Shown here in pieces: positions 28,209 through 37,919 of a DNA stretch of 64,000 nt. Within the stretch, counting starts at the first letter, position 1. Each line of letters begins with the position of its first letter. The notes under the pieces were generated by a model. That model was not told where the DNA came from, searched no databases, and worked only from the letters and a program-made list of their open reading frames with translations. This DNA comes from an uncultured Gammaproteobacteria bacterium (GTDB lineage: Bacteria > Patescibacteriota > Patescibacteriia > UBA1558 > S5-K13): assembly GCA_964640635.1 (NCBI GenBank), contig CAZXFD010000001.1, forward strand, positions 177,302 through 241,301. The letters run 5' to 3'. The position numbers and the translations under genes were made by a program.

Positions 28209-28283
28209 CAAATTTCAAATATCAAATCAAGTCCAAAATTAAAAGAATAAATATCAAATTGGATATTGCAATTTTGAACCCCA

Positions 28284-28350
28284 ATATTTATTTGTCATTT
28301 GTAATTTAGAATTTGGAATTTATCTGTAATTTGTCATTTGTAATTTAGAA
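28284..28350 (+). repeat. Direct repeats TTTGTCATTTGTAATTTAGAATTT(G/A)G, two copies, in the 5' leader of the flavoprotein gene
   Basis: Seen directly. G-poor TTTAGA-type leader. Confidence 0.5.
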
Positions 28351-28405
28351 TTTAGCAAATTTTGTAATTTCAAATATCAAAAGAATAAAAGAAAGAGTAT
28401 CTATT

Positions 28406-29632
28406 ATGAATAAAAAAAAGATAGCAGTGATCGGGGGTGGTCCCGCAGGAATGATGGCTTCTGTTGTTGCTTCAGAAAATCCAGAAAATGATGTCTATTT
28501 GTTTGAAAAAAATGATATACTTGGCAAGAAATTACTTATCACAGGCTCCGGAAGATGTAATATTACAAATGCAGAGTCAGACGTTCATAAATTTATTGAA
28601 CGATATGGTAAAAATGGAAAATTTTTATTCAGTTCTTTTAGCAGGTTTTTTAATAATGATTTATTGGCCTTTTTTGAAAATTTAGGAGTTAGATTTGTTA
28701 CAGAGCGAGGAGGAAGGGTTTTCCCGGAAAGTAATGATGCAAATGAAGTTACAAATGCTTTGATAAAAAAGTTGAAAGATAATAATGTAAAGATTAATTT
28801 AAATCATGAATTAAAAGACATTAAACTAGTTGACGATAAATTTAAATTAGTATTTAAAAATAGTGAATTTTTAGCTGATAAAGTAATAATAACGTGTGGA
28901 GGAAAATCTTATCCAGGAACTGGTTCAACGGGGGAGATGTTTAAGATTATCCAAAAATTAGGACATAAAATTGTAGAATTAAAGCCATCTCTTGTTCCAC
29001 TTGGCTTGGAAGAGGCTTTCGTAAAAGACTTAGAGGGCTTGTCTTTGAAAAACGTAGAGGCAAATATTTTAAAGAATAATAAAATTATTGTAAAAAGATT
29101 TGGTGAAATGTTGTTTACGGATAGGGGGGTATCAGGGCCTATTATTTTTGAAATAAGTAAATATATTTGTAGAGAAAACCCAAGTAACTTGACTCTTTTA
29201 GTTGATCTCAAACCAGCACTATCGCTAGAACAGTTGAATAATCGCATAAGACGAGAAATGTTAGACAAAAATATTATTTTTAAAAACTTACTTAGATTAT
29301 TGTTGCCAATTAGGTTAGCAGATTTATTTATAGATTTACTTTGTATTGATGAAGATAAAAAGATAAAACATCTAAGCAAAGAGGAAATCAACAGATTATG
29401 TAATCTGCTAAAACATTTTGAATTACATATTACAGATTTGGGGAATTTTTATCACTCAATTGTTACTTCAGGTGGAGTTGATATTAAAAGTATTAATCCG
29501 AAAACAATGGAATCAAAAATAGTTTCAAATCTTTATTTTGCAGGAGAAGTAATAGATATAGATGGCGAAACCGGTGGGTATAATCTTCAAGCAGCATTTT
29601 CAATGGGATTTGTGGCTGGAAAATCTGTGTGA
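28406..29632 (+). CDS. HI0933/BaiN-family FAD-dependent oxidoreductase
   Basis: N-terminal FAD fold IAVIGGGPAGMMAS and the GSGRCNITN motif typical of this family. Confidence 0.8.
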   Translation: MNKKKIAVIGGGPAGMMASVVASENPENDVYLFEKNDILGKKLLITGSGRCNITNAESDVHKFIERYGKNGKFLFSSFSRFFNNDLLAFFENLGVRFVTERGGRVFPESNDANEVTNALIKKLKDNNVKINLNHELKDIKLVDDKFKLVFKNSEFLADKVIITCGGKSYPGTGSTGEMFKIIQKLGHKIVELKPSLVPLGLEEAFVKDLEGLSLKNVEANILKNNKIIVKRFGEMLFTDRGVSGPIIFEISKYICRENPSNLTLLVDLKPALSLEQLNNRIRREMLDKNIIFKNLLRLLLPIRLADLFIDLLCIDEDKKIKHLSKEEINRLCNLLKHFELHITDLGNFYHSIVTSGGVDIKSINPKTMESKIVSNLYFAGEVIDIDGETGGYNLQAAFSMGFVAGKSV

Positions 29633-29679
29633 TTATTGCCAACCTTGGTTTCAGTTGATAGTAAATAAAAAAAGGTGGA

Positions 29680-29895
29680 TTATTCCACCTTTTGTTGTAG
29701 TTCATTAAAATTCTTGATGAAGACTTTGAAATCTTCTTCGTCCTTAATACAAATATAGGCAATGTCATCTGCATCTAGTTTTCCATCTGGAAATTGACTC
29801 TCGAATTTTTTTTCAAATTCGAATTTTTTCTCAGGTGGAATATTCAGAACAAATCTTGCGCAACGACAGGACTCTTCAATTGTGACTTCTTCCAT
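29680..29895 (-). CDS. Small hypothetical protein (71 aa)
   Basis: Shine-Dalgarno AGGGAGA upstream on the minus strand. No homolog recognised. Confidence 0.45.
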   Translation of the reverse strand: MEEVTIEESCRCARFVLNIPPEKKFEFEKKFESQFPDGKLDADDIAYICIKDEEDFKVFIKNFNELQQKVE

Positions 29896-29936
29896 TTATT
29901 CTCCCTTGTTTTATGTTTTCGTGCTATTGAATCTTT

Positions 29937-30355
29937 TCAGAAAATCTTCAAAGGCTTTTGCTCTTTTTCTGCTATTGTAGCAATGTCATTTATAGAAAGT
30001 TTGTCATATGGAAATTTTTTGCCAAAACTTGTTCTAAAGTTTTTGTTGGATGTGACAGAAATGCTTAGATTAAAGCATATGAAGTGTTCTAGTTTTTTGA
30101 TTTTTATTGATTTTGTACCGCGCTCTTCTTTGAACCCATCAACAAAGCTTATGAATAGATCTCTTTTGTCCCAAGGAATTGTTATAGTACAAAACTTTAT
30201 TCCAAAAATAAATTCTCCGCCGGAAAATTTTCCCTTGAAGTCCTTTTCAAATAAATCTTTAAAACCACCGTCTTTAAAGGTCGCATGGAAATAAGCTAAA
30301 TCTTTTTTCCATTGGGCTTTAGTGCTACGTGAGATTGTGTTTCATTAGTTTTCAT
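29937..30355 (-). pseudogene. Frameshifted gene: GGAGGA Shine-Dalgarno plus ATG, 19 codons, then a 135-codon ATG-less continuation in the -1 frame across an A_AAA_AAG heptamer
   Basis: Manual minus-strand translation gives MKTNETQSHVALKPNGKKI*. Slipping -1 at AAAAAAG (plus coordinates 30303-30309) continues as DLAYFHATFKDGGF...KPLKIF. Confidence 0.45.
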
Positions 30356-30460
30356 TTTTCCTCCTACTATAGTTTATTAATAATGAATATTATATATTTT
30401 TTAGTGTTTTGTCAATTTATGAAAGAAAGATGCTATAATAAATGTATTATTAAATAGAGT

Positions 30461-31021
30461 ATGGAAAATGAGTTAATAGAAAAATCTGATGAAGAATTGG
30501 TTGCGATGACCTTGTTCAATAAGGAGTCTTTTGTATTTTTGGTAAAAAAATATGAAAAACAATTATTGCGATATATTCTTAGAATTTCAAATATTTCTCA
30601 CGAAGAGGCAGAGGATGCTTTGCAGGAAGTATTTATAAAGGTTTATAGAAACTTAAATGAATTTGACAAGAGTCTTAAGTTTTCATCTTGGATCTATAGA
30701 ATAGCTCATAATGAAACAATAAATTACTATAGAAAATCAAAGGCAAGGCCAGAAAAAATTGAGCTAAATGAGGATTCGGATTTGATAGAAAATTTAATGT
30801 CAGATTTAAACACAGAACATGAAATAGATAATAAAATATTAAGAGATAAATTATTAAAAATATTAGATTCAGTAGATATAAAATACAAAGAAGTAGTATA
30901 TTTAAAATTTTTTGAAGAAAGAAGCTATGAAGAAATTTCAGATATATTAAAAAAACCCATAGGAAGTGTATCTATTCTTATAAGTCGTGCTAAAAAGAAA
31001 TTAAAAAAATTATTAATATAA
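30461..31021 (+). CDS. ECF-type RNA polymerase sigma factor
   Basis: Region 2 (LQEVFIKVYRNL...WIYRIAHNETINYYRK) and region 4 (SYEEISDILKKPIGSVSILISRAKKKL). Confidence 0.8.
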   Translation: MENELIEKSDEELVAMTLFNKESFVFLVKKYEKQLLRYILRISNISHEEAEDALQEVFIKVYRNLNEFDKSLKFSSWIYRIAHNETINYYRKSKARPEKIELNEDSDLIENLMSDLNTEHEIDNKILRDKLLKILDSVDIKYKEVVYLKFFEERSYEEISDILKKPIGSVSILISRAKKKLKKLLI

Positions 31022-31026
31022 AAATT

Positions 31027-31788
31027 ATGTCATTACAAGATAAATTATTAGAAAAAATCAAGAACATAAAACCAAGATCAAAATCATATTTTATTATAAA
31101 AAATATTTTGTATTGGTTGTTCTTTGTTGTTTTTGTGATTGTTGGTGCAGTTTCTACTTCTATTATTATTTTTATTGCAAAACATAATGATTGGGATATT
31201 CATCGATATGCAAATGATAGTATGTTGTCTTTTTTCTTTTTAACAATTCCATATATTTGGGTTTTTGTATTGCTAGTGTTTGTTGTTCTAGCATATTACA
31301 ACTTGAAACGCACCAAGAGGGCATATAAATATAAACTTTATAGCATTGTTTTATCCAGTATATTTTTAAGTATTGTGCTGGGTTTTATTTTGTATAATAT
31401 TGGTTTTGCGAAAACAATACAAACTTCTCTAGTAAAAAATATTTCAAGTTACAATAAAATGTTTTGCGAAAGAGCATCTCTCTGGCATCGGCCAGAGCGG
31501 GGAGTGATTGTAGGTCAAATAAAGGAGATAAATAATAATGAATTCATATTACAAGATCCTTATATGGAAAATTGGACAGTTATTTATGATAAAAATTTAG
31601 TTGGTATGAGTGATTTAATGATTGACAACAAAATAAAGGCATTAGGTTATCAAAAAGAACAAAGGAGTTTTTTTGCGGCTGAAATAAGAGAGTCTAGTTG
31701 TGGCTGTGGACATATCAATTGTAAATGTGGGCAAAGTGAAACAAAAATAAATAATATGCGTAATAATAAGTGTGGAGCTAATAATTAA
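31027..31788 (+). CDS. Polytopic membrane protein with a C-terminal Cys cluster, candidate anti-sigma partner of the ECF sigma
   Basis: 4 TM helices then a soluble domain ending SSCGCGHINCKCGQSE...NKCG. Separated from the sigma gene by a 5-nt gap. Confidence 0.45.
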   Translation: MSLQDKLLEKIKNIKPRSKSYFIIKNILYWLFFVVFVIVGAVSTSIIIFIAKHNDWDIHRYANDSMLSFFFLTIPYIWVFVLLVFVVLAYYNLKRTKRAYKYKLYSIVLSSIFLSIVLGFILYNIGFAKTIQTSLVKNISSYNKMFCERASLWHRPERGVIVGQIKEINNNEFILQDPYMENWTVIYDKNLVGMSDLMIDNKIKALGYQKEQRSFFAAEIRESSCGCGHINCKCGQSETKINNMRNNKCGANN

Positions 31789-31792
31789 TTTT

Positions 31793-31808
31793 TCTCGCAG
31801 TGGCGGGA
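31793..31808. repeat. GC-rich hairpin TCTCGC-agtg-GCGGGA, ending 8 nt before the ATG of the Cys-rich mini-protein gene
   Basis: Seen directly. Member of the CCGCCA-N-GGCGG hairpin family. Confidence 0.6.
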
Positions 31809-31816
31809 CAAAAAAA

Positions 31817-32111
31817 TATGCAAAATAAACACGTAGTATTTGTATCAGCAGCAGCACTTATTCTAACGATGGGAATAGTCGGCATTACAAATGCCTATTC
31901 ACTTTCAAAGAATAAAACAGTAAGCACAGAAACAGTAGAAAAATGTTCTTGTGGTTGCAACAAAGATAAGAAAGATTGCTCTTGCAATGGAACGGGTTCT
32001 TGTTTAAATAAACAAAATAAGAATAAAGGAGTTGGTGTTACATGTGGATCTAATAATGTTGAAAGTGGTGCTGGAGGTGCCAAAAAAAGTTGTGGATGCA
32101 AAACCCAATAA
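31817..32111 (+). CDS. Small secreted/membrane-anchored Cys-rich protein
   Basis: N-terminal hydrophobic segment then CSCGCNKDKKDCSCNGTGSC...CGSNN...CGCK. Confidence 0.5.
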
Positions 32112-32160
32112 TAAATTTTATAACGTTTTTAAAACCCAGTTTCTTGTAAGGGGCTGGGTT

Positions 32161-32850
32161 TTATAATATATCTATTTTTTGTATCGTTTTGTATTTGCCT
32201 ATTTTGATATCTCCTAGGTCTAGTTTTCCTATTTTTATTCTTACAAGACTCATTACCTCACATTCAATAGCTTGCATCATGAGTCTTATTTGTCTTTTTC
32301 TTCCTTCGTAAATAGTGATATGTAGTAGTGCTGTGTTTTTGTTTTGTTTTATAATTTTTACAATTGCAGGGAGTGTTTTTTTGCGCTCTATGATTATGCC
32401 GTTTTGTAATTGAGAAATTTTATTTCTATCAATAAATCCTTTAACAAAGACTTCATATGTTTTTGCAAGTTTATATTTTGGATGTGTCAGTTCATTTGCA
32501 AAATCTCCATCACTAGTAAGAATTAATAATCCTTCGGAATCATAGTCTAGTCGGCCAATATATTTTAGATCTTGAAGTTTTTCTGGTAATAATTCATATA
32601 TTGTTTTTCTACCAAATTCATCTATGCGACTGACGATATAATTTTTTGGTTTATTAAGTGCTATATAAATATTGGAAGTTGTGTTTTTCAAAATTTTACC
32701 ACCATATTTTACATAGTCATTTTCATTTATTTGAGTAGATAGATCTTGGCAAACTTTTCCATTTACAATAATTTCGCCATTTTTGATGAGCTCCTCAACG
32801 TTTCGGCGTGAACCAAGATTACATTTAGCTAAAAATTTATTTATTCTCAT
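32161..32850 (-). CDS. RsuA/RluB-family pseudouridine synthase (S4 domain plus catalytic domain)
   Basis: S4 N-terminus MRINKFLAKCNLGSRRNVEELI. Catalytic motif GRLDYDSEGLLILTSDG. Confidence 0.85.
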   Translation of the reverse strand: MRINKFLAKCNLGSRRNVEELIKNGEIIVNGKVCQDLSTQINENDYVKYGGKILKNTTSNIYIALNKPKNYIVSRIDEFGRKTIYELLPEKLQDLKYIGRLDYDSEGLLILTSDGDFANELTHPKYKLAKTYEVFVKGFIDRNKISQLQNGIIIERKKTLPAIVKIIKQNKNTALLHITIYEGRKRQIRLMMQAIECEVMSLVRIKIGKLDLGDIKIGKYKTIQKIDIL

Positions 32851-32916
32851 ATTTAGAATGATAGCATTTAATTGGGAAAAGAAAAACCGCCAAATCGAAT
32901 GCTTTGGCGGTATATA

Positions 32917-34065
32917 TTATTGAAACATTGGTTTTGTGCTTAAATCGGCACTAAACGGAGATGGACCTTTTTCTAGTAAAATAGCATTACTTGGATTGTC
33001 TGGATTGAAGTAGCTATTATGCCAGAAAATATATTTGAGCCAATTTTCTCCGCTTCCAAGGTCCATGAGGGCTTTTGCATAGTTTGCTTGCCCCACGTAA
33101 TTAGTAACTTTGCCTGAGAGCGTATTTGCATCCCATGCCCAGCCAACGTATCCATTTGTAAGAGGATATTTGACGCTAGGGCAGGATGTCTCTGCAATTA
33201 CAAATGGAACACCCGTTTGATTGTAAATCTGCTTGCAAAATCCAAATATTGGACTAAGAGCGGTTTTTAGGGAACTTAGGCTAGGGATTTCTTCATCTGA
33301 TAATCCTGGATACATTGTCATGCCAAGGATATCAAAGTTTGAGCAAAAGTTATTACTTACTTGATAGAATTCACAATCTGGGAATTGTTGTGAAGATCTA
33401 TTATATGCTCCACCATTAAAGTAATAACTCACTGATCCACTGTAAATAGTTTTTATGGAATCAACTAGTGCGTGCCAATAGGCATCTTTATCTGGTGTTG
33501 TGAGTAAGATGTTCTCTTGTCCAATATTGAGAATATCAATTTCCTGAAATTCACAAAATTGGGCATCGATTCTTATCTTATTCCAGAAGTTTGTGAAGAA
33601 ATATTGAGTATTTGATGGGTTAAAATTTCCCCTCCAAATTTCTCCATATCCATTATACCATCCAGACCCACGTCCAATAGGACATATTTCAATAGCATAT
33701 TGGACTTTCATCCCATAGCTTTTTGCCCTGGTAGTCATTTGGGCAAGCTCAATATATGAATAATTGCTCCATCCAGGATCTTCAGCGGGAAATTCTTCGT
33801 GAGGGTAATATGAGTTAATCCCGTCGAAATAGTAAACTTTGTAAAAAGTTACTTGTCCAATGCCACGACTAGCAAGTGAGTCTATTCTTGCTAAAATGTT
33901 TGGTAAGGCACCATTTTGATAGTAATCACCGTAGTATTTTCTATCAAAGTTTACTCCAAACTTATTTCTTCCATCTTGTGGATCAATATTTACGTCTACC
34001 GGATTTTTTGATGTGCATGACGTAAAAAATAGCAACAGTAATATGGCACAAAATATATTTCTCAT
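32917..34065 (-). CDS. Lipoprotein, putative TIM-barrel glycoside hydrolase-like
   Basis: Shine-Dalgarno GGGAGGAAAAA plus signal peptide with lipobox LLFFTSC. Aromatic-rich catalytic-domain-like sequence; family not resolved. Confidence 0.45.
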   Translation of the reverse strand: MRNIFCAILLLLFFTSCTSKNPVDVNIDPQDGRNKFGVNFDRKYYGDYYQNGALPNILARIDSLASRGIGQVTFYKVYYFDGINSYYPHEEFPAEDPGWSNYSYIELAQMTTRAKSYGMKVQYAIEICPIGRGSGWYNGYGEIWRGNFNPSNTQYFFTNFWNKIRIDAQFCEFQEIDILNIGQENILLTTPDKDAYWHALVDSIKTIYSGSVSYYFNGGAYNRSSQQFPDCEFYQVSNNFCSNFDILGMTMYPGLSDEEIPSLSSLKTALSPIFGFCKQIYNQTGVPFVIAETSCPSVKYPLTNGYVGWAWDANTLSGKVTNYVGQANYAKALMDLGSGENWLKYIFWHNSYFNPDNPSNAILLEKGPSPFSADLSTKPMFQ

Positions 34066-34362
34066 TTTTTCCTCCCAAATTGATTTTATTGTGAACATTG
34101 TATACTACAATATATTTGTAAAAAAAGCAAGTGATGTGATTATGTAGATAAATGGTTTATTTTTAGTTTTATTTTATTGGGTTTAGAGATTTTAGGCGTC
34201 AATAAAACATGTTTTTTACTTAACTTATCCACAGATAACGAGTGTTGAAAAAAGGTCTTTAGTGGTGTATAATATAAGTAAGGTGGTGAGAAGTGGAGAA
34301 TGTTGGGGATAACTATTTTCTCTCTACTAAACGTTAAACACTAAAAACTAAACTCTAATTCA

Positions 34363-34794
34363 ATGTTTATAGGTGAATACAATCACATAATAGATGAAAA
34401 AGGAAGATTGGCATTGCCAATTAAGTTTAGAACTGAATTTAAATCTGGGGCAGTTGTAACACGAGGACTCGACAACTGTCTTTTTGTTTTCACAAAAAAA
34501 TCATGGAACGAACTTGCTGATAAATTATCAAAGTTACCAATATCACAATCAAAGTCTCGTGCTTTTGCAAGACTTATGCTTGCTGGTGCAATGGACGTGA
34601 GGCTCGATAGTCAAGGAAGAATTATATTACCAGAATATTTAAGAGTTTTTTCAAAATTAAATAAAAAAGCAATTGTTGCGGGCGTCTTCAATAGACTAGA
34701 GATTTGGGATGAGAATTTGTGGAATATATATAAAACAGACGTTGAAAATAAATCAATTGAAATAGCAAATGAATTAGGTGATTTAGGAATCTAA
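34363..34794 (+). CDS. mraZ: Transcriptional regulator MraZ
   Basis: MFIGEYNHIIDEKGRLALPIKFR... with a duplicated MraZ half-domain. Confidence 0.9.
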   Translation: MFIGEYNHIIDEKGRLALPIKFRTEFKSGAVVTRGLDNCLFVFTKKSWNELADKLSKLPISQSKSRAFARLMLAGAMDVRLDSQGRIILPEYLRVFSKLNKKAIVAGVFNRLEIWDENLWNIYKTDVENKSIEIANELGDLGI

Positions 34795-34798
34795 AAAA

Positions 34799-35734
34799 AT
34801 GAAACCACATATACCAGTATTATTAAATGAAGTAATTGAAGGATTAAATTTAAAATCAAATCAGAATGTTATTGACGCAACTTTAGGAGGTGGGGGGCAT
34901 AGCGAGGTGATACTAGAGAAGATTGCACCGAGTGGCATAGTAATAGGATTTGATTTAGATAGCTCTGCAATTGAAATAGCAAAAAAAAGATTAGAGAAAT
35001 TTGGAGATAGAGTCATTTATATTAACGATAATTATCAAAATCTAAAAAAATATGAATCACAATTTGATTTTGGAATTAATGCAGTATTACTTGACCTTGG
35101 TCTCTCATTGTATCAATTGCAAGATAAAAGTAGAGGATTTTCTTTTTTAGATGAATCTGGTCTTGATATGAAATACAATAAAGACGAAGATGGCCCCGAT
35201 GCAAAGCATATTATTAATAATTATAAAGAAGAGGATCTTGTAAAAATTTTTATAGATTTTGGGGAAGAAAAGTTAGCAAAACAAATTACAAGAGAAATAA
35301 TTGCTTTTAGGAAAACAACAGAAATAAGTACTGGATCACAATTGTCAGAAATTATTACAAGAGTTTATAGAAGATTTTATAAGAAACATTCTAGAACCAA
35401 TCCAGCTACAAAAGTATTCCAGGCACTTAGAATTTATATAAATAAGGAATTTGAAAATATAGAAAATTTTTTACCAGATGCAATTAATATTTTAGAGCCA
35501 GGAGGAAGGTTCGTGGTTATTAGTTATCACTCTTTAGAGGATAGAATTATTAAAAATTATTTTAGAACAGAATCTAGAGATTGCATATGCCCTCTTGAAC
35601 TTCCAGAATGTCGTTGTAATCATAAAGCAAGTATAAAAATCATAAATAAAGGTGTTATTGTTCCGACAAGTGATGAAACAAAAGCTAATTCAGCATCAGA
35701 GAGTGCAAAAATGAGAATAGTAGAAAAAATTTAG
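34799..35734 (+). CDS. rsmH: 16S rRNA m4C1402 methyltransferase RsmH
   Basis: HIPVLLNEV...DATLGGGGHS SAM motif. Confidence 0.9.
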   Translation: MKPHIPVLLNEVIEGLNLKSNQNVIDATLGGGGHSEVILEKIAPSGIVIGFDLDSSAIEIAKKRLEKFGDRVIYINDNYQNLKKYESQFDFGINAVLLDLGLSLYQLQDKSRGFSFLDESGLDMKYNKDEDGPDAKHIINNYKEEDLVKIFIDFGEEKLAKQITREIIAFRKTTEISTGSQLSEIITRVYRRFYKKHSRTNPATKVFQALRIYINKEFENIENFLPDAINILEPGGRFVVISYHSLEDRIIKNYFRTESRDCICPLELPECRCNHKASIKIINKGVIVPTSDETKANSASESAKMRIVEKI

Positions 35735-35857
35735 TTATTTGCTGTCAGTTTATATAAAAAACAAAAGTTAAATGATTTGGGGAAAGGGGAAAAGGAAGTT
35801 TCAAAAAAAGCTTTATCCTTATCCCCACGTCATTTGGCAACAATAATTTAAATAATT

Positions 35858-36184
35858 ATGAAAACAAAAACAAAAAATAGAATGAAGTTTAATAAGAAAT
35901 TTATATTTATAAGTAATATTTGCTTGGTGTTTGTATTTTTTCTCTCCTTGTTTGTAAATTTGATAGCCTCAACTCAAGCAGCAACAGAAGGATTTGTAAT
36001 TAAGAATCTAAATTCAAAATTGGCAGATTTAAAAAATGATAATAAGGAATTAAATATTGTATCTGCTCAATTGCAATCAATCGCGAGAATTCAAGAAGTT
36101 TCAGCAAAGGAATTAGGTATGGTAGGAGATAAAGACATTAATTATTTTGTAACAAAACAAGAAGAAACGATTGCAGTAAGATAA
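35858..36184 (+). CDS. FtsL-like cell division protein
   Basis: Single TM helix plus coiled coil, in the mraZ-rsmH-[ftsL]-ftsI position. Confidence 0.5.
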   Translation: MKTKTKNRMKFNKKFIFISNICLVFVFFLSLFVNLIASTQAATEGFVIKNLNSKLADLKNDNKELNIVSAQLQSIARIQEVSAKELGMVGDKDINYFVTKQEETIAVR

Positions 36185-36197
36185 AATATAACTATAT

Positions 36198-37919
36198 ATG
36201 ATTGGTAGACATAATAAACAAAAATTTGATAGACCATATCTTGTTTTTGTTTTTATGTCTATTTTTATTTTGCTTATAATAGCTAGATTATTTTTTTTAC
36301 AAGTTATAAATAGAGAAGAATATGTAGTAAGAGCACAAAATCAGTATTTTATAAAAGCAGTAGAGAGTCCAAAAAGAGGTGATATCTATTTTTCTATGGG
36401 AAAAGAAAATCAAAAATATCCAATAGCAACTAGTAAAATTTATTATCAGCTTTATGCAGTGCCACGAGATATAGTAGATCCAGAAAAAGTAAGTCAAGAT
36501 TTAGCAAATATTTTGAATCTAGATAAAGAAACTATTTTTGATAGATTATCAAAGCCAAATGATCTTTATGAGCCTATTAAAAATAAAATAACAGAAAGCG
36601 ATGCTCAAAAAATTAAAGATTTAAAATATGAAGGGCTTAATTTTGTAAAAGAAAGTTTTAGATATTATCCGAGTGGTGATTTGGCAAGTCAGGTATTGGG
36701 ATTTGTGAGTTATAAAGACAACACAACTATAGGAACTTATGGACTTGAAGGATATTGGGATAATGTACTTAGAGGATTAGAAGCGGAAAATAATTCTGAA
36801 AAAGATGCTTATGGAAATTTGATAACAATAGGGGATAGAGAAGTAAAGCAGGCCATAAATGGTTCTGATTTATATCTTACTATAGATCAAGCAATAGAGA
36901 GCTTTGTTTGTTCGGAATTAAAACTTGGAGTTGAAGAGTATGGGGCAAAAAGTGGTTCTGCTATTGTTGTTGATCCTCAAAATGGAGATATACTGGCAAT
37001 GTGCAATTATCCATCATATGATCCAAATAATTATTCAAAAGTCGAGGACTCAAATATTTATAATAATAATGCAATTTTTACAGCTTATGAACCAGGATCT
37101 GTTTTCAAACCGATTACGATGGCGATGGGACTTGATTTGTCTTTGGTTGAGCCAAGTACAACCTATACCGACACAGGAAAGTTGACATTAGATGGATATA
37201 CTATTCAAAACTCAGATTATAAAGCAAATGGAGTGCAAACAATGGTCAATGTTTTAGAAAAATCATTGAACACTGGTGCAAGTTTTGTTGGTGAAAAAGT
37301 TGGAAGAGAAAGATTTTTAGATTATGCCAAAAAGTTTGGTTTTGCTAAATTAACTGATATTGAGCTAAAAACAGAATCTGAGGGAGATTTGAGAAATTTG
37401 AATAAAAAAGGTAAGATATTTTTAGCAACAGCTTCTTTTGGCCAAGGTATTACAGCAACGCCAATTCAGCTTGTAATGGCATACGCTAGTTTGACAAACG
37501 GGGGTTATTTGTATAAACCTAGAATAGTGGAAAAAATAGTAAATCCAGATGGTAAAGAAGTTGAAATAGCCCCAAAAATAATAAGAAGAGTCATATCAGA
37601 GAAGACTTCAAAAGAAATAAGAGCTATGCTTATATCAGTTATTGAAAATGGTCATACAAAATCAGCCCAATCAAAGCATTATTATGTTGGGGGAAAAACG
37701 GGAACAGCTCAAGCAACAGATTATGGTTCAAGGGGATATGTTGAAGGAAAAACAAATCAAACCTTTATTGGCTTTGGACCATCTAGAAATCCAAAATTTG
37801 TAATTCTTACAAAGTTTGAGTCTCCTCAAAGAGAGTGGGCCGAATCAACAGCGGGAAGATTGTTTGTTAAGATATCTGAATTTTTATTTGATTATTATAA
37901 ATTATCGCCAGAAAAATAA
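36198..37919 (+). CDS. ftsI: Penicillin-binding protein 2/FtsI transpeptidase
   Basis: N-terminal TM helix, then the active-site serine in the GSVFKP SxxK motif, then SLNTG (SxN) and KTGTA (KTG). Confidence 0.85.
   Translation: MIGRHNKQKFDRPYLVFVFMSIFILLIIARLFFLQVINREEYVVRAQNQYFIKAVESPKRGDIYFSMGKENQKYPIATSKIYYQLYAVPRDIVDPEKVSQDLANILNLDKETIFDRLSKPNDLYEPIKNKITESDAQKIKDLKYEGLNFVKESFRYYPSGDLASQVLGFVSYKDNTTIGTYGLEGYWDNVLRGLEAENNSEKDAYGNLITIGDREVKQAINGSDLYLTIDQAIESFVCSELKLGVEEYGAKSGSAIVVDPQNGDILAMCNYPSYDPNNYSKVEDSNIYNNNAIFTAYEPGSVFKPITMAMGLDLSLVEPSTTYTDTGKLTLDGYTIQNSDYKANGVQTMVNVLEKSLNTGASFVGEKVGRERFLDYAKKFGFAKLTDIELKTESEGDLRNLNKKGKIFLATASFGQGITATPIQLVMAYASLTNGGYLYKPRIVEKIVNPDGKEVEIAPKIIRRVISEKTSKEIRAMLISVIENGHTKSAQSKHYYVGGKTGTAQATDYGSRGYVEGKTNQTFIGFGPSRNPKFVILTKFESPQREWAESTAGRLFVKISEFLFDYYKLSPEK

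Noticed and set aside
29794-30294. 166-aa plus-strand ORF from the six-frame track
   Set aside because: It lies antisense to a coherent minus-strand gene that has a GGAGGA Shine-Dalgarno plus ATG and a long in-phase continuation. The plus-strand ORF has low-complexity FFKFEFF composition and no start context.
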